Assembly: GCF_036365525.1 (NCBI RefSeq)
Contig: NC_090373.1
Coordinates: forward strand, 193,152,161 to 193,216,160
Source of the DNA: Heterodontus francisci
Lineage: Eukaryota
Length of the DNA: 64,000 nucleotides
Direction of reading: 5' to 3'
This document shows positions 1 through 10,400 of the stretch, in pieces. The position numbers and the translations under genes are program-made. Numbering within the stretch: position 1 is the first letter of the stretch; the number at the start of each line of letters is the position of its first letter. The notes under the pieces were generated by a model that was not told the DNA's origin, made no database searches, and saw only the letters and a list, made by a program, of their open reading frames with translations.

Positions 1-372
1 CAGCAGTGTGTACCATCTACAAGATGCACTGCAGCAATGCACCAAGGCTCCTCAGACAGCACCTTCCAAACCCGCGACCTCTACCAACTAGAAGGACAAG
101 AACAGCAAATACATGGGAACACCACCACCTGCAAGTTCCCTTCCAAGTCACACACCATCTGGACTTGGAACTATATCACCGTTCCTTCACTGTCGCTGGG
201 TCAAAATCCTAGAACTCCCTTCCTAACAGCACTGTTGGTATACCTACCCCAAATGGACTGCAGCGGTTCAAGAAGGCAGCTCACCACCACCTTCTCAAGG
301 GCAATTAGGGATGGGCAATAAATGCTGGCCTGGCCAGCGTCGCCCACATCCCATGAATAAATTTTTTTAAAA
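1..372 (+). mobile_element. 3' end of a CR1/L2-group LINE (called family B here)
   Basis: Translates like an ORF2 C-terminus (..HLQVPFQVTHHLDLELYHRSFTVAGSKS..RFKKAAHHHLLKGN*), then CAATAAATGCTGGCCTGGCCAGC..CCCACATCCCATGAATAAA and an A/T tail. The same sequence is on the - strand at 61045-62146, where it continues into RT motifs. Confidence 0.8.
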
Positions 373-614
373 GCTCCAGCTTCGTAATGCGAGTAGCCAG
401 TAGCTGCAGATGGATATACTTCCTGCACACATGGTCGTCAGGCACACTGGAAGCCTTCCTGATTTCCCACATAGCGCAGGAGGAGCATAAACTATGCTCC
501 AACTTTCACACACAAACACACACACACGAAAATTTCATATACACAAGTAGGTTACATAGTGAAGAAGAATAGATTGAGTGGATTAGAGTACAGAACAAAT
601 AAAGGAATATACAG

Positions 615-1626
615 TGTTACGAAAGTGCGTCTGTTTTGTTAAATATATTTTTTGAGGATTCATTTTTGAAAGATTGAAGAAGTGTTAAAATTTGGGGTTT
701 CAAAGGGGGTCATGTAAAGGCCACTCGACTTTGAAAAACAGTCTCTGAATTTTCTTTTTAAAAGGGGCACTGAGAGGTCTTGTCAGGAAAACAAGCCTTT
801 CCAGGAAACCACCTGACTTCCAGTTACAACAATAACAAGCCTTTCCGGGAAATCACCTCACTTCCAGCTCAAGAAACAACAGAGAACATTGGACACCTGG
901 AGAAGTTGTTTACAAAGAAGTGACAGGTCAAGATTGATGGCAGTCAAAAGGTTACCTCCTGTTGTGGTTTCGCTTTTGAATTGTTTTATGTTGAGGTTGA
1001 ACTGTATAAAAAGGGAGAGAACTTCCAAGGAAGGAGAGAAGACCACAACCCAGCTCAGCTTTCCAACACCTCTCTAAAAGACCCTGAGAAGTCCAATGTC
1101 AATTCATCTCGTCTCCTGTCTTTGAAGAAAAGCCTGCTAAATTAATTCTCAATGCCCCCTGAAAATAACTGTTTTAAAAGATCCCAGTGACCTGTCTATG
1201 TGTACTCGGATGCCAGACTGTATGCCAGTTTTGGAACACAACATATCTCATCTGCTGTTTTCTTCAAGAATGAGCAAGTATTTAGCCCGTGTTTTTTTTT
1301 TGTCTGTCATTGAGCTCTGAAAACAAAAGTCCCTTTATTTCTCCGGTTAACGGTGTGCGTGTGAGTGTGAGGGGCTAAGGTAAAAAGGGAACTTTAATAT
1401 TTCAATCTGTGTGTTTATGCTTTACTTCATTACTGGTTAAGACGTGTTTTATAACAAACTGATAATGTTGTTGTTTATTAATGAAACCTGGTTAGTGTGT
1501 TTTATTCCGGGATAAAAATAGTCTGATTGATGGTTTCGGTAAGTGGGAAAAATTTTAAATATGTTGTGAGCCATGGAGAAGTGGAACTGGAATAAACAGT
1601 GCACTCCTCCTGCCTCTGTTGTAACA
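615..1626 (+). mobile_element. Solo LTR (ERV/Gypsy type), ~1012 bp
   Basis: Starts TGTTACGA and ends TTGTAACA (inverted termini). Flanked by a perfect 4-bp direct repeat ACAG (611-614, 1627-1630). Contains TATAAAA near 1006 and a ~35-bp internal tandem duplication (~790-870). Confidence 0.8.
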
Positions 1627-1949
1627 ACAGTCTGTGGAGTCCGGTAATTCCATTATCTTCCAGCTGAACTCGTGGTCCTGAAGTTGTTAGAGATTGCCAC
1701 CTGGTTTTCTCCCCGGGATCTCTGTCTGCCACAATGATAGACTTGAATGTTTTGCAGCCAGCAGGCAGGCTTTGAACTTACAGGGTTGCGTGGAGAGGGA
1801 AAGAGAGAGAAACAGACCTCCACTTTCATCCTGCACTGGTCAAACTCAGGTGCTTGTCTGCTGTAGAGAGAAGAAACTGCAAGTGTTCACATAGATGGAG
1901 AGTCTGTCACATGATGGCCTGGTGTATTCTCTCTTTTGCATCTTAATTA

Positions 1950-2134
1950 GACCAGCGTGTACAGACCTCAACATTGTGACTGTCCACGAGATCACCAAGG
2001 TACCCATAACTGCAGAAGAGACCAAGGGTACGCATATTGAGTCAGTCCAGAACCTGTACCCGGACAGGTTCGACGCCATAGGAGATTTCAAAGGCGATGC
2101 TTTACTGCACCTCAGACAAGATGCTCTCCCTGTG
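1950..2134 (+). mobile_element. Ty3/Gypsy-like pol fragment (protease end / start of RT region)
   Basis: RPACTDLNIVTVHEI..IESVQNLYPDRFDAIGDFKGDALLHLRQDALPV fits the typical Gypsy protease-RT linker pattern (..PAC..L.L....YP..F.GIG.F.G...I.L..DA.PV). Recognised by eye. Confidence 0.65.
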
Positions 2135-2803
2135 TCCAGCCCCCTGATATCTGAAATTGAGTCACAATTCCTCCAGGATCTCAGTGGTTCTGGTTTGGAG
2201 ATTATCAGCCCCTTCTCAGAGACGCCACACCAAGAGAATGAAGATCCAAATTCAGATGGTGCAAGTTCTTTGTCAACAGGCCGTGTTTCCTCACACTCCA
2301 CTGACTCAGAGGAAGAGATTGACATTGTAACCATTGAGAAGAAAAGGCTGTCAGTGGGGAACATTGCCAAGGGGAAATCTCCATGGACTGGAACCTGCTT
2401 GTAGACTCGGGCCAGCATCAAACGGTGCAGTCTGGAAATCCATCAACAGCACAACTATGAACCACCAGCACCACAACGAGCCAGAACAGACAGGTACCAC
2501 CATGAGGCCAAGTAATCCTCCCCGAAAAAGTCCTCAATCTTGAGCTGCAAGCCTTCAGACTTGGAGAATGAGGAGGCAAAGGACACGCAATGTCCTGAAG
2601 AGGTAGAGGAGGAATGAGTTGCAGCATTGTTTGTTGTCTCTTCGAGATGAGGTGCCAGAACTTTCCATAACGACAAGGCCTCAAAAGTGAGAAAAGCAAC
2701 AGAGTATGTTAGCAGGCTGAAGGCAGAACAACAGAAACTGAATGCAGAGAGGAAGAAACTTCAGAAAGAACAGCAACAGATGAGACACAAATTCTCCGAG
2801 TAA
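2135..2803 (+). pseudogene. myc: Intronless, disrupted myc-family sequence (MBIIIa-like, MBIIIb, MBIV, bHLH-leucine zipper)
   Basis: Motifs in order: FLQDLS (cf. c-Myc YLQDLS); STDSEEEIDIVTIEKKR (MBIIIb); after stop 2402-2404, IKRCSLEIHQQHNYEPP (MBIV); SDLENEE/RQRTRNVLKR*RRNELQHCLLSLRDEVPELS/NDKASKV-RKATEYVSRLKAEQQKLNAERKKLQKEQQQMRHKFSE* (bHLHZip, stop 2801-2803). There are several stops and frameshifts. Paralog not determined. Confidence 0.9.
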
Positions 2804-2984
2804 GAGTTATCAAACCACCAAAATGATATATGGATTTTGAAGCTATTATACTTGTAAATGTCACAAACCCTATTCTTGTACCTGTGAATTTTATAATCTA
2901 TATCCTTTACAAGTAATTTTGATATCTAATTTTATGTGTTTTTACTTGTAGCATATGAGACTTATATTTGGAAAGGGAATGGCA

Positions 2985-3234
2985 TGTGATCACATTAAGA
3001 GTGATATCCCTTTAAGATCTCTGTATGCTAATGATTAAGTACCAGGATGTAGTCAAGTGACTACAAGCCAGGGTCACTCTGCAACTGTACAACCCAGATG
3101 AAGGTTCTGTAAATAGTTTGCTCTGTACTGTATCCAATAGTTCAGCTGTTAATAAACCTGTTACAGATCTTCAGCAAACTGGACTCCATTCATCTCATTT
3201 ATGTTGCATCAGACAACACAAAGAACTCATTACA
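2985..3234 (+). mobile_element. Putative short 3' LTR preceded by a polypurine tract
   Basis: GGAAAGGGAA (2970-2979), then TGTGATC...CATTACA (TG..CA termini), with AATAAA at 3151-3156. A CR1 tail begins immediately after 3234. Confidence 0.55.
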
Positions 3235-3950
3235 GGAACAGAGGAACATAGGAGCAGGAGTAGGCCATTCAGCCCATCGAGCCTGCTCCGCTGTTCAGTT
3301 AGATCATGGCTGACCATCTACCTCAATGCCACTTTCCCATGCTATCCCGATATCCCTTGATGTCATTAGTATCCAAATATCTATCGATCTCTGTCTTGAA
3401 CATGCTCAAAGACTGAGGTTCCACAACCCTCTGGGGTAGAGAATTCCAAAGATTCACAACCCTCTGAGTGAAGAAATTCCTGCTCATCTCAGTCTTAAAT
3501 GGCCTACCTCTTTTATTCGGAGATTATGTCCCCCTGGTTCTAGACTCACCAGCCAGAGGAAACATCCTATCCACATCCACCCTGGAAGAATTTTGTAAGT
3601 TTCAATGAGATCACCTCTTATTCTTCGAAATTCTAGAGAATACAGGCCCAGTTTATTCAATCTCTCCTCATAAGACAATCCTGCCATCCCAGGAATCAGT
3701 CTGGTGAACCTTCAATGCACTCCCTCTATGGCAAGTATATTCTTCCTTAAATAAGTAGACCAAAACTGTACACAATACCCCAGGTGTGGTCTCATCAAGG
3801 CTCTATACAATTGCAAGACATCTTTACTCCTGTACTTAAATCCCCTTGCAATGAAGGTCAACATACCATTTGCCTTCCTAATTGCTTGATGCACCTGCAT
3901 ACTAGCTTTTAGTGACTCATAAACAAGAACACCCAGGTTCCTTTGGACAT
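3235..3950 (-). mobile_element. CR1 LINE 3' fragment
   Basis: ORF2 C-terminal motifs (KANGMLTFIARG, RPHLGYCVQFWS, LSYEERLNKLGLYSLEFRRIRGDLIETYKI) and a GAACATAG-type tail. A CR1 piece at ~7070-7195 may be its continuation. Confidence 0.85.
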
Positions 3951-5110
3951 TGTTATGACACGACCGCTTAAGACAAAGCCCCCAATCAAAATATATTATA
4001 CTGATTGTGGTGGGAGCAACACACTGTCAATTCAGTCTCCTTGCTCCACAGGTCATTCTTTAAGCTTTCCCAAATCAAAGAAAGCAGCAGCCGAATTGAA
4101 CAATGTAGTAACCCCCGAATGAGGTGAACCAAACAGGTATCTTTAGATATCAACAAATTAATTGGTTATTAAAAAAACTAAAATCTTAAACACTGCTAAG
4201 ATAAACCAATATCTAAAGACCTTATAACTTATTTACAGAATCGAACTGCTGCATTCACATACAAATAGACAAACTATCGGTAGTATGGTGTTTAATTAGC
4301 TGCCCGAAATGAAACAACCACTGACCACCTCCAGGCGCGTATCCATTGTCTCTCGAGATAAGGAGGCCCAAAAAGAAAAAGAAGAAAAGAAAGAATAAAG
4401 TCTTTGTTGATTTATGTTCCTTATGAAATGGAATCTTCAATGTAGACATAGTCCAAGGTTGCTTGAAGTCTTCACAGTTGTCCGATGGGAAAAAACAAGT
4501 TCTTCAACAATAGGAAATTCAGCAATCCAGTTCAGCAGTTGAAGTGTTACTCTTCTTTTTCCAGCGATGAACACAGCAGATCAACAATTTGCTAACACTT
4601 TCAAAAGAATCAATTTGGCTTAACTTTTAGAATTTTGAGAGGTAAATAAACAGACCAGATACGCTTCCTTCAGTTTAAATGGTCTGAGAGCTCTCCTTTC
4701 AGGTGCTAACACACAGCTATGTCAACTGTGTCATGCAGGCTCCCATCTGCCAAAAATGAGGCACTTTAATTTCAGCACATGGACATTAAGTTTCAAATTG
4801 TTGCTGGGAAGAAGAGAAGGCTTGTTACAAGGAATTGCCAGCCCCCTGGACAAAAAGACATTTTTGCATAGTAGCAGACAGTGTTGGAGCAAAGGACCAT
4901 TCCCTGACCCACCAAATACACAAAGCCAGAAGTAGTTTGTGACTGGTGAATGGTGGGTTCCGACTTTTTTTAAAAGCCTGCTGGAAAACCTCGAATCTGT
5001 CTGAAGTTCAGAAACTGCTGTTCCTGATGTCAGCACCTGTCAGCTGTGAAACTGACAGCACTATGTTTTAAAAAAATGACCAACCACAAAGCTGAGTGCT
5101 CCCGCTCCCT
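3951..5110. mobile_element. Nested LTR-like fragments
   Basis: Abrupt start TGTTATGACA inside the CR1. The reverse complement of ~4015-4055 resembles the 3' end of the 615-1626 LTR. A second TG-start (TGTCATGCAGGC) is at 4729. Boundaries uncertain. Confidence 0.4.
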
Positions 5111-5119
5111 GCAACTGTC

Positions 5120-6745
5120 AAAGAGAGAGGGAGAGGGGGACAAAGAGAGAGAATGAGGTGGGTTGGGGGGAGAGAGAGAGACAGCAAGCGGGGTGGGTGT
5201 GGGAGAGAGGGGGGAACAGGGAAAAAGAGTGGGGGACAGGGTGAGAGAGAGGGACAGGGCTAGGGAGAGGGGGACAGGGCTATGAAGGGGGAACTGGGTG
5301 AGAGAGAGAGGGGAACAGGGCAAGAGAGCGGGGACAGGGTGAGAGAGAGGGGGTATAGGGCGAGAGGGGTGTGACAGACAGAGAGGGGACAGAGAGAGGG
5401 GGAACAGAGAGAGAGAGAGATATGGGGGTCAGAGAGAGAGGGGCTGAGAGAGGGGGGATAGAGAGGGACACAGGGCACGAGAGAGGGGGGACAGGGTGAG
5501 AGAGAAGGAGGCAGGGGATGAGAGAGGGGGACTGCGCGAGAGAGGGGTACAGGGCACGAGAGAGGGGGGACAGGGTGCGAGAGAGGGGGACAGGGTGCAG
5601 GAGAGGGGGACAGGGCACGAGAGAGGGGGACAGGGTGTGAGAGAGGGGGACAGGGCACGAGAGAGGGGAACAGGGCACGAGAGAGAGGGACAGGGCACGA
5701 GAGAGGGGGGAACAGGGTGAAAGAGAGGGGGACAGGGTGCAGGAGAGGGGGACTGAGCGTGAGAGAGGGGGGACAGGGTGAGAGAGAGGGGGACAGGGCG
5801 TGAGAGGGGATTCAGGGTGAAAGAGAGGGGACAGGGCATGAGAGAGGAGGGACAGGGGGCGAGAGAGGGGGGACAGGGTGAGAGAGAGGGGGACAGGGCA
5901 TGAGAGAGGGGGGACAGGGTGAGAGAGAGGGGGACAGGGCGTGAAAGAGGGGGGCAGGACACAAAAGAGGGTGACAGGGCACGAGAGGGGGGACAGGGCG
6001 CGAGAGAGGGGGTCAGGGTGAGAGAGAGGGGACACAGCACGAGAGAGGGGGACAGGGCACGAGAGAGGGGTACAGGGTGAGAGAGAGGGGGACAGGGCAC
6101 AAGAGAGGGGGGACAGGGCACGAGAGAGGGGGTCAGGGTGAGAGAGAGGGGGACACAGCACGAGAGAGGGGGACAGGGCGCGAGAGAGGGGGACAGGGCG
6201 CGAGAGAGGGGGACAGGGCGCGAGAGAGGGGGACAGGGCGCGAGAGAGGGGACAGGGCACGAGAGAGGGGACAGGGCACGAGAGAGGGGGACAGGGTGCG
6301 AGAGGGGGGACAGGGTGATAGAGAAGGAGGCAGGGCAAGAGTGGGGAGTATAGGGCGAGAGGGGGGTGACAGACAGAGAGAGAGGGGGACAGAGAGAGGG
6401 GGGACAGAGAGAGGGGGAACAGAGAGATGGGGGATCAGAGAGAGAGAGAGGGGGGTCAGAGAGAGAGGAGCTGACAGAGAGGGGGGATAGAGAGAGGGAG
6501 CAGAGAGAGCGGGGGGGGTGGGGGGTGGAGAGAGAAAGATGGGATAGAGAGAGGGGACCAGAGAGAGAGGGGGCAGAGAGAGAGAAAGCGGGAGGACAAA
6601 GAGGGAGAAGGGGGACAGAAAGAGAAAGAGGGAGGACAGAGAGGGGGGCGGGGTCACAGAGAGCAAGGATGACACAGAGAGAGGTGACCCAGGGAGAGAG
6701 AGAGAGGGAGATAGATAGATAGAGAGGGAAAGAAAGAGAGAGAGT
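5120..6745 (+). repeat. Purine-rich minisatellite (~19-21 bp units, GGGGACAGGGCACGAGAGA-like)
   Basis: Directly visible tandem variants; + strand strongly G/A biased. Confidence 0.95.
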
Positions 6746-7049
6746 GATCAAGATCACTCCTGACTGATGGACATCTATCTGGAATACGCTGCATCGCTAC
6801 AATTGTGCAGGCAAACATTGACTACTCCTGCATGCAAAAAGATGCCAGGTATCTCACTAAATCAGTGTCCAACATAGTGATGAGAAAGTAAGTTCATAAA
6901 TTAAACTTCTCATTTAAAGCTTCTTTACAAAAATGCACATATATTGTTGTTTTGATTAATAGTAAGATAAATGTTTAATTCTTTTTAAAATTGTCTCACC
7001 GGACCCCGCCCCATGTAAGACAGAATTTGTAACGTGGTTCCCGCTGGCA

Positions 7050-7068
7050 AAAACTTTGGACACCCCTG
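7050..7068 (-). mobile_element. hAT-like terminal inverted repeat (one end only)
   Basis: Reverse complement reads CAGGGGTGTCCAAAGTTTT, the typical hAT/Charlie-type terminus. No partner end found. Confidence 0.4.
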
Positions 7069-7239
7069 ACTTAGCCTGCCCAAGTATCTGTGAAGCCTCC
7101 TTGCATCCTCCTCACAACTTTCCTGTCTAGTTTTGTGTCATCAGCAGATTTGGAAATATTACATTTAGTCCCCACATCCAAATCATTAATATTTATATTT
7201 GTTATAGCTGGTGTTGCCCAAATAAATAAACCCTTTCTT

Positions 7240-7423
7240 TCTCAACCGGAACCTTTCTTGCGCTCCTTCGGGTGCCTCATAAATGTTGCACGCTGTGCGG
7301 GGCGGAAGTGGTTGCTGGTGCAGCAGTTATCCAGGTCCCCCGGGGCGGAAGTGTCTTTTGGGTTGCTGGCGGCCAGTGGTGGCACAGGGATCCTGCTCCC
7401 CCGAGCCTCAGGCGGAAGTGAAA
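7240..7423 (+). promoter_or_regulatory. CNIH4 promoter/5'UTR with three ETS (GABPA/ELK-type) motifs
   Basis: GGCGGAAGTG occurs exactly at 7301-7310, 7344-7353 and 7411-7420, in a CpG-enriched stretch just upstream of the ATG. Confidence 0.7.
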
Positions 7424-7492
7424 ATGGAGGCGTTGGTTTTCATTGTGTCGCTGGTTGATTGCTGTACCCTGATTTTCATGGCGGTTTATTTC
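7424..7492 (+). CDS. CNIH4: Cornichon homolog 4, coding exon 1
   Basis: MEALVFIVSLVDCCTLIFMAVYF (69 nt), followed by the U12 donor GTATCCTT. Confidence 0.95.
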
Positions 7493-10400
7493 GTATCCTT
7501 TCAATCTGGAAGGAAAGATGGAATCTCTGGGAGCAGTTTGATAAATGGATCATGGCCAGAAACTGAGAGGTGCAGGGAGAGTGAGAGGAGTCAGAGAGGA
7601 CAGGAAGAAGGAGGGGACAGAGAGTGGAGTGGAGTGGAGTGGGACAGAGAGTGTGGAGGGGGGGGACAGAGAGTGGAGTGGGGGGACAGAGAGTGGAGTG
7701 GGGGGACAGAGTGGGGTGAGGGGGGGGACGGAGAGGGAGGGGACAGAGAGTGGGGTGGGGGGGACGGGACAGAGAGTGGAGTGGGGGGGGGGGACAGAGA
7801 GGGAGAGGCAGGGGACAGAGAGGGAGAGGCAGGGGACAGAGAGGGAGAGGCAGGGGACAGAGAGTGGGGGGGGGGACAGAGAGTGGGGGGGGACAGGACA
7901 GAGATTGGGGGGGGGGGACAGAGAGTGGGGGGGGGGACAGAGAGTGGGGGGGGGGACAGAGAGTGGGGGGGGACAGAGAGGGAGGGGACAGAGAGTGGGG
8001 GGGGAACAGAGAGTGGGGGGGGAACAGAGAGTGGGGGGGGACAGAGAGTGGGGTGAGGGGGGGGACGGAGAGGGAGGGGACAGAGAGTGGGGAGAGGGAG
8101 GGGACAGAGAGTGTGGAGGGGGGGGACAGAGAGTGTGGAGGGGGGGGACAGAGAGAGTGGGGGGGGACAGAGAGTGTGGAGGGGGGGACAGAGAGTGGAG
8201 TGGGGGGGGGACAGAGAGGGAGAGGCAGGGGACAGAGGGGAGGGAGGGGACAGAGAGTGGGGGGGGACAGAGAGTGGGGGGGGACAGAGAGTGGGGTGAG
8301 GGGGACGGGACAGAGAGGGAGAGGCAGGGGACAGAGAGTGGGGGGGGGGACAGAGAGTGGGGGGGGACAGAGAGTGGGGGGGGACAGAGAGTGGGGTGAG
8401 GGGGGGGACGGAGAGGGAGGGGACAGAGAGTGGGGTGGGGGGGACGGGACAGAGAGTGGAGTGGGGGGGACGGGACAGAGAGTGGAGTGGGGGGGACGGG
8501 ACAGAGAGTGGAGTGGGGGGGGGACAGAGAGGGAGAGGCAGGGGACAGAGAGGGAGAGGCAGGGGACAGAGAGGGAGAGGCAGGGGACAGAGAGTGGGGG
8601 ACGGGACAGAGAGTGGGGGACGGGACAGAGAGTGGGGGGGGGGGGACGGGACAGAGAGTGGGGGGGGGGGGGACGGGACAGAGAGTGGGGGGGGGGACGG
8701 GACAGAGAGTGGGGGGGGGGGGACGGGACAGAGAGTGGGGGGGGGGACGGGACAGAGAGTGGAGTGGGGGGGGGACAGAGAGTGGGGGGGGGACAGAGAG
8801 GGAGGGGACAGAGAGTGGGGGGGGAACAGAGAGTGGGGTGAGGAGGGGGACGGAGAGGGAGGGGACAGAGAGTGGGGTGAGGGGGGGGGACGGAGAGGGA
8901 GGGGACAGAGAGTGGGGTGAGGGGGGGGGACGGAGAGGGAGGGGACAGAGAGTGGGGTGAGGGGGGGGACGGAGAGGGAGGGGACAGAGAGTGGGGAGAG
9001 GGAGGGGACAGAGAGTGGGGAGAGGGAGGGGACAGAGAGTGGGGTGAGGGGGGGGGGACGGAGAGGGAGGGGACAGAGAGTGGGGTGAGGGGGGGGGGGA
9101 CGGAGAGGGAGGGGACAGAGAGTGGGGTGGGGGGGGACGGAGAGGGAGAGGCAGGGGACAGAGAGTGGGGGGGGAGGGAGGGGGAGGGGACAGAGAGTGG
9201 GGGGGAGGGAGGGGGAGGGGACAGTGGGGGGGGAGGGAGGGGGAGGGGACAGAGTGGGGGGAGGGAGGGGGAGGGGACAGAGAGTGGGGGGGGGACAGAG
9301 AGTGGGGTGGGGGGGACGGGACAGAGAGTGGGGGGGGAACAGAGAGTGGGGGGAACAGAGAGTGGGGGGGACAGAGAGTGGGGTGAGGGGGGGGGACAGA
9401 GAGTGGGGTGAGGGGGGGGGACAGAGAGTGGGGTGAGGGGGGGGACGGAGAGGGAGGGGACAGAGAGTGGGGTGAAGGGGGGGTGACGGAGAGGGAGGGG
9501 ACAGAGTGAGGTGGGGGGGTGACAGGGGGAGGGGACAGGGAGGGAGGCGGAGGGAACAGAGGGGGAGGGGACAGAAAGGGAAAGAGAGAGGGAGAGGACA
9601 GAGAGGGAGGCGACAGAGGGAGAGGAGAAGCGAGTGAGGGAGAGGGAGGGAACAGAGAGGAAGAGGGAAGTGACAGAGTGAGGTGGGGGGGGACAGAGTG
9701 AGGTGGGGGGGGACAGAGTGAGGTGGGGGGGGGACAGAGTGAGGTGGGGGGGGGACAGAGTGAGGTGGGCGGCGACAGAGGGAGAGGAGAAGCGAGAGGG
9801 GACAGAGAGAGAGAGGTGGGAGGGGGGAACGGAGAGAGAGGTGTGGGGGGGGGGGAAACAGAGAGAGAGGTGTGGGGGGGGGAACGGAGAGAGAGGTGTG
9901 GGGAGGGGGAACGGAGAGAGAGGTGTGTGGGGAGGGGGAACGGAGAGAGAGGTGTGTGGGGGGGGGGGAACGGAGAGAGAGGTGTGTGGGGGGGGGGGAA
10001 CGGAGAGAGAGGTGTGTGGGGGGGGGAACGGAGAGAGAGGTGTGTGGGGGGGGGAACGGAGAGAGAGGTGTGTGGGGGGGGGAACGGAGAGAGAGGTGTG
10101 TGGGGGGGGGAACGGAGAGAGAGGTGTGTGGGGGGGGGAACGGAGAGAGAGGTGTGTGGGGGGGGGAACGGAGAGAGAGGTGTGTGGGGGGGGGAACGGA
10201 GAGAGAGGTGTGTGGGGGGGGGAACGGAGAGAGAGGTGTGTGGGGGGGGGGAACGGAGAGAGAGGTGTGTGGGGGGGGGGAACGGAGAGAGAGGTGTGGG
10301 GGGGGAAGAACGGAGAGAGAGGTGTGGGGGGGGGGGAACGGAGAGAGAGGTGTGGGGGGGGGGGAACGGAGAGAGAGGTGTGGGGGGGGGGAACGGAGAG

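Noticed and set aside
1846-2421. 191-aa minus-strand ORF
   Set aside because: Antisense shadow of the pol-myc frame with no recognisable motifs.
1895-2803. Functional myc gene
   Set aside because: In-frame stops (2402, 2513, ~2604), frameshifts near 2575 and 2667, a helix-2 deletion, and no MBI/MBII.
615-3234. 615-1626 and 2985-3234 as the paired LTRs of one element
   Set aside because: They differ in length and sequence, and the first has its own TSD, so it is an independent solo LTR.
7283-8056. 257-aa ORF as a single-exon gene
   Set aside because: Only 7424-7492 is CNIH4 exon 1; the rest is upstream sequence and intronic repeat.
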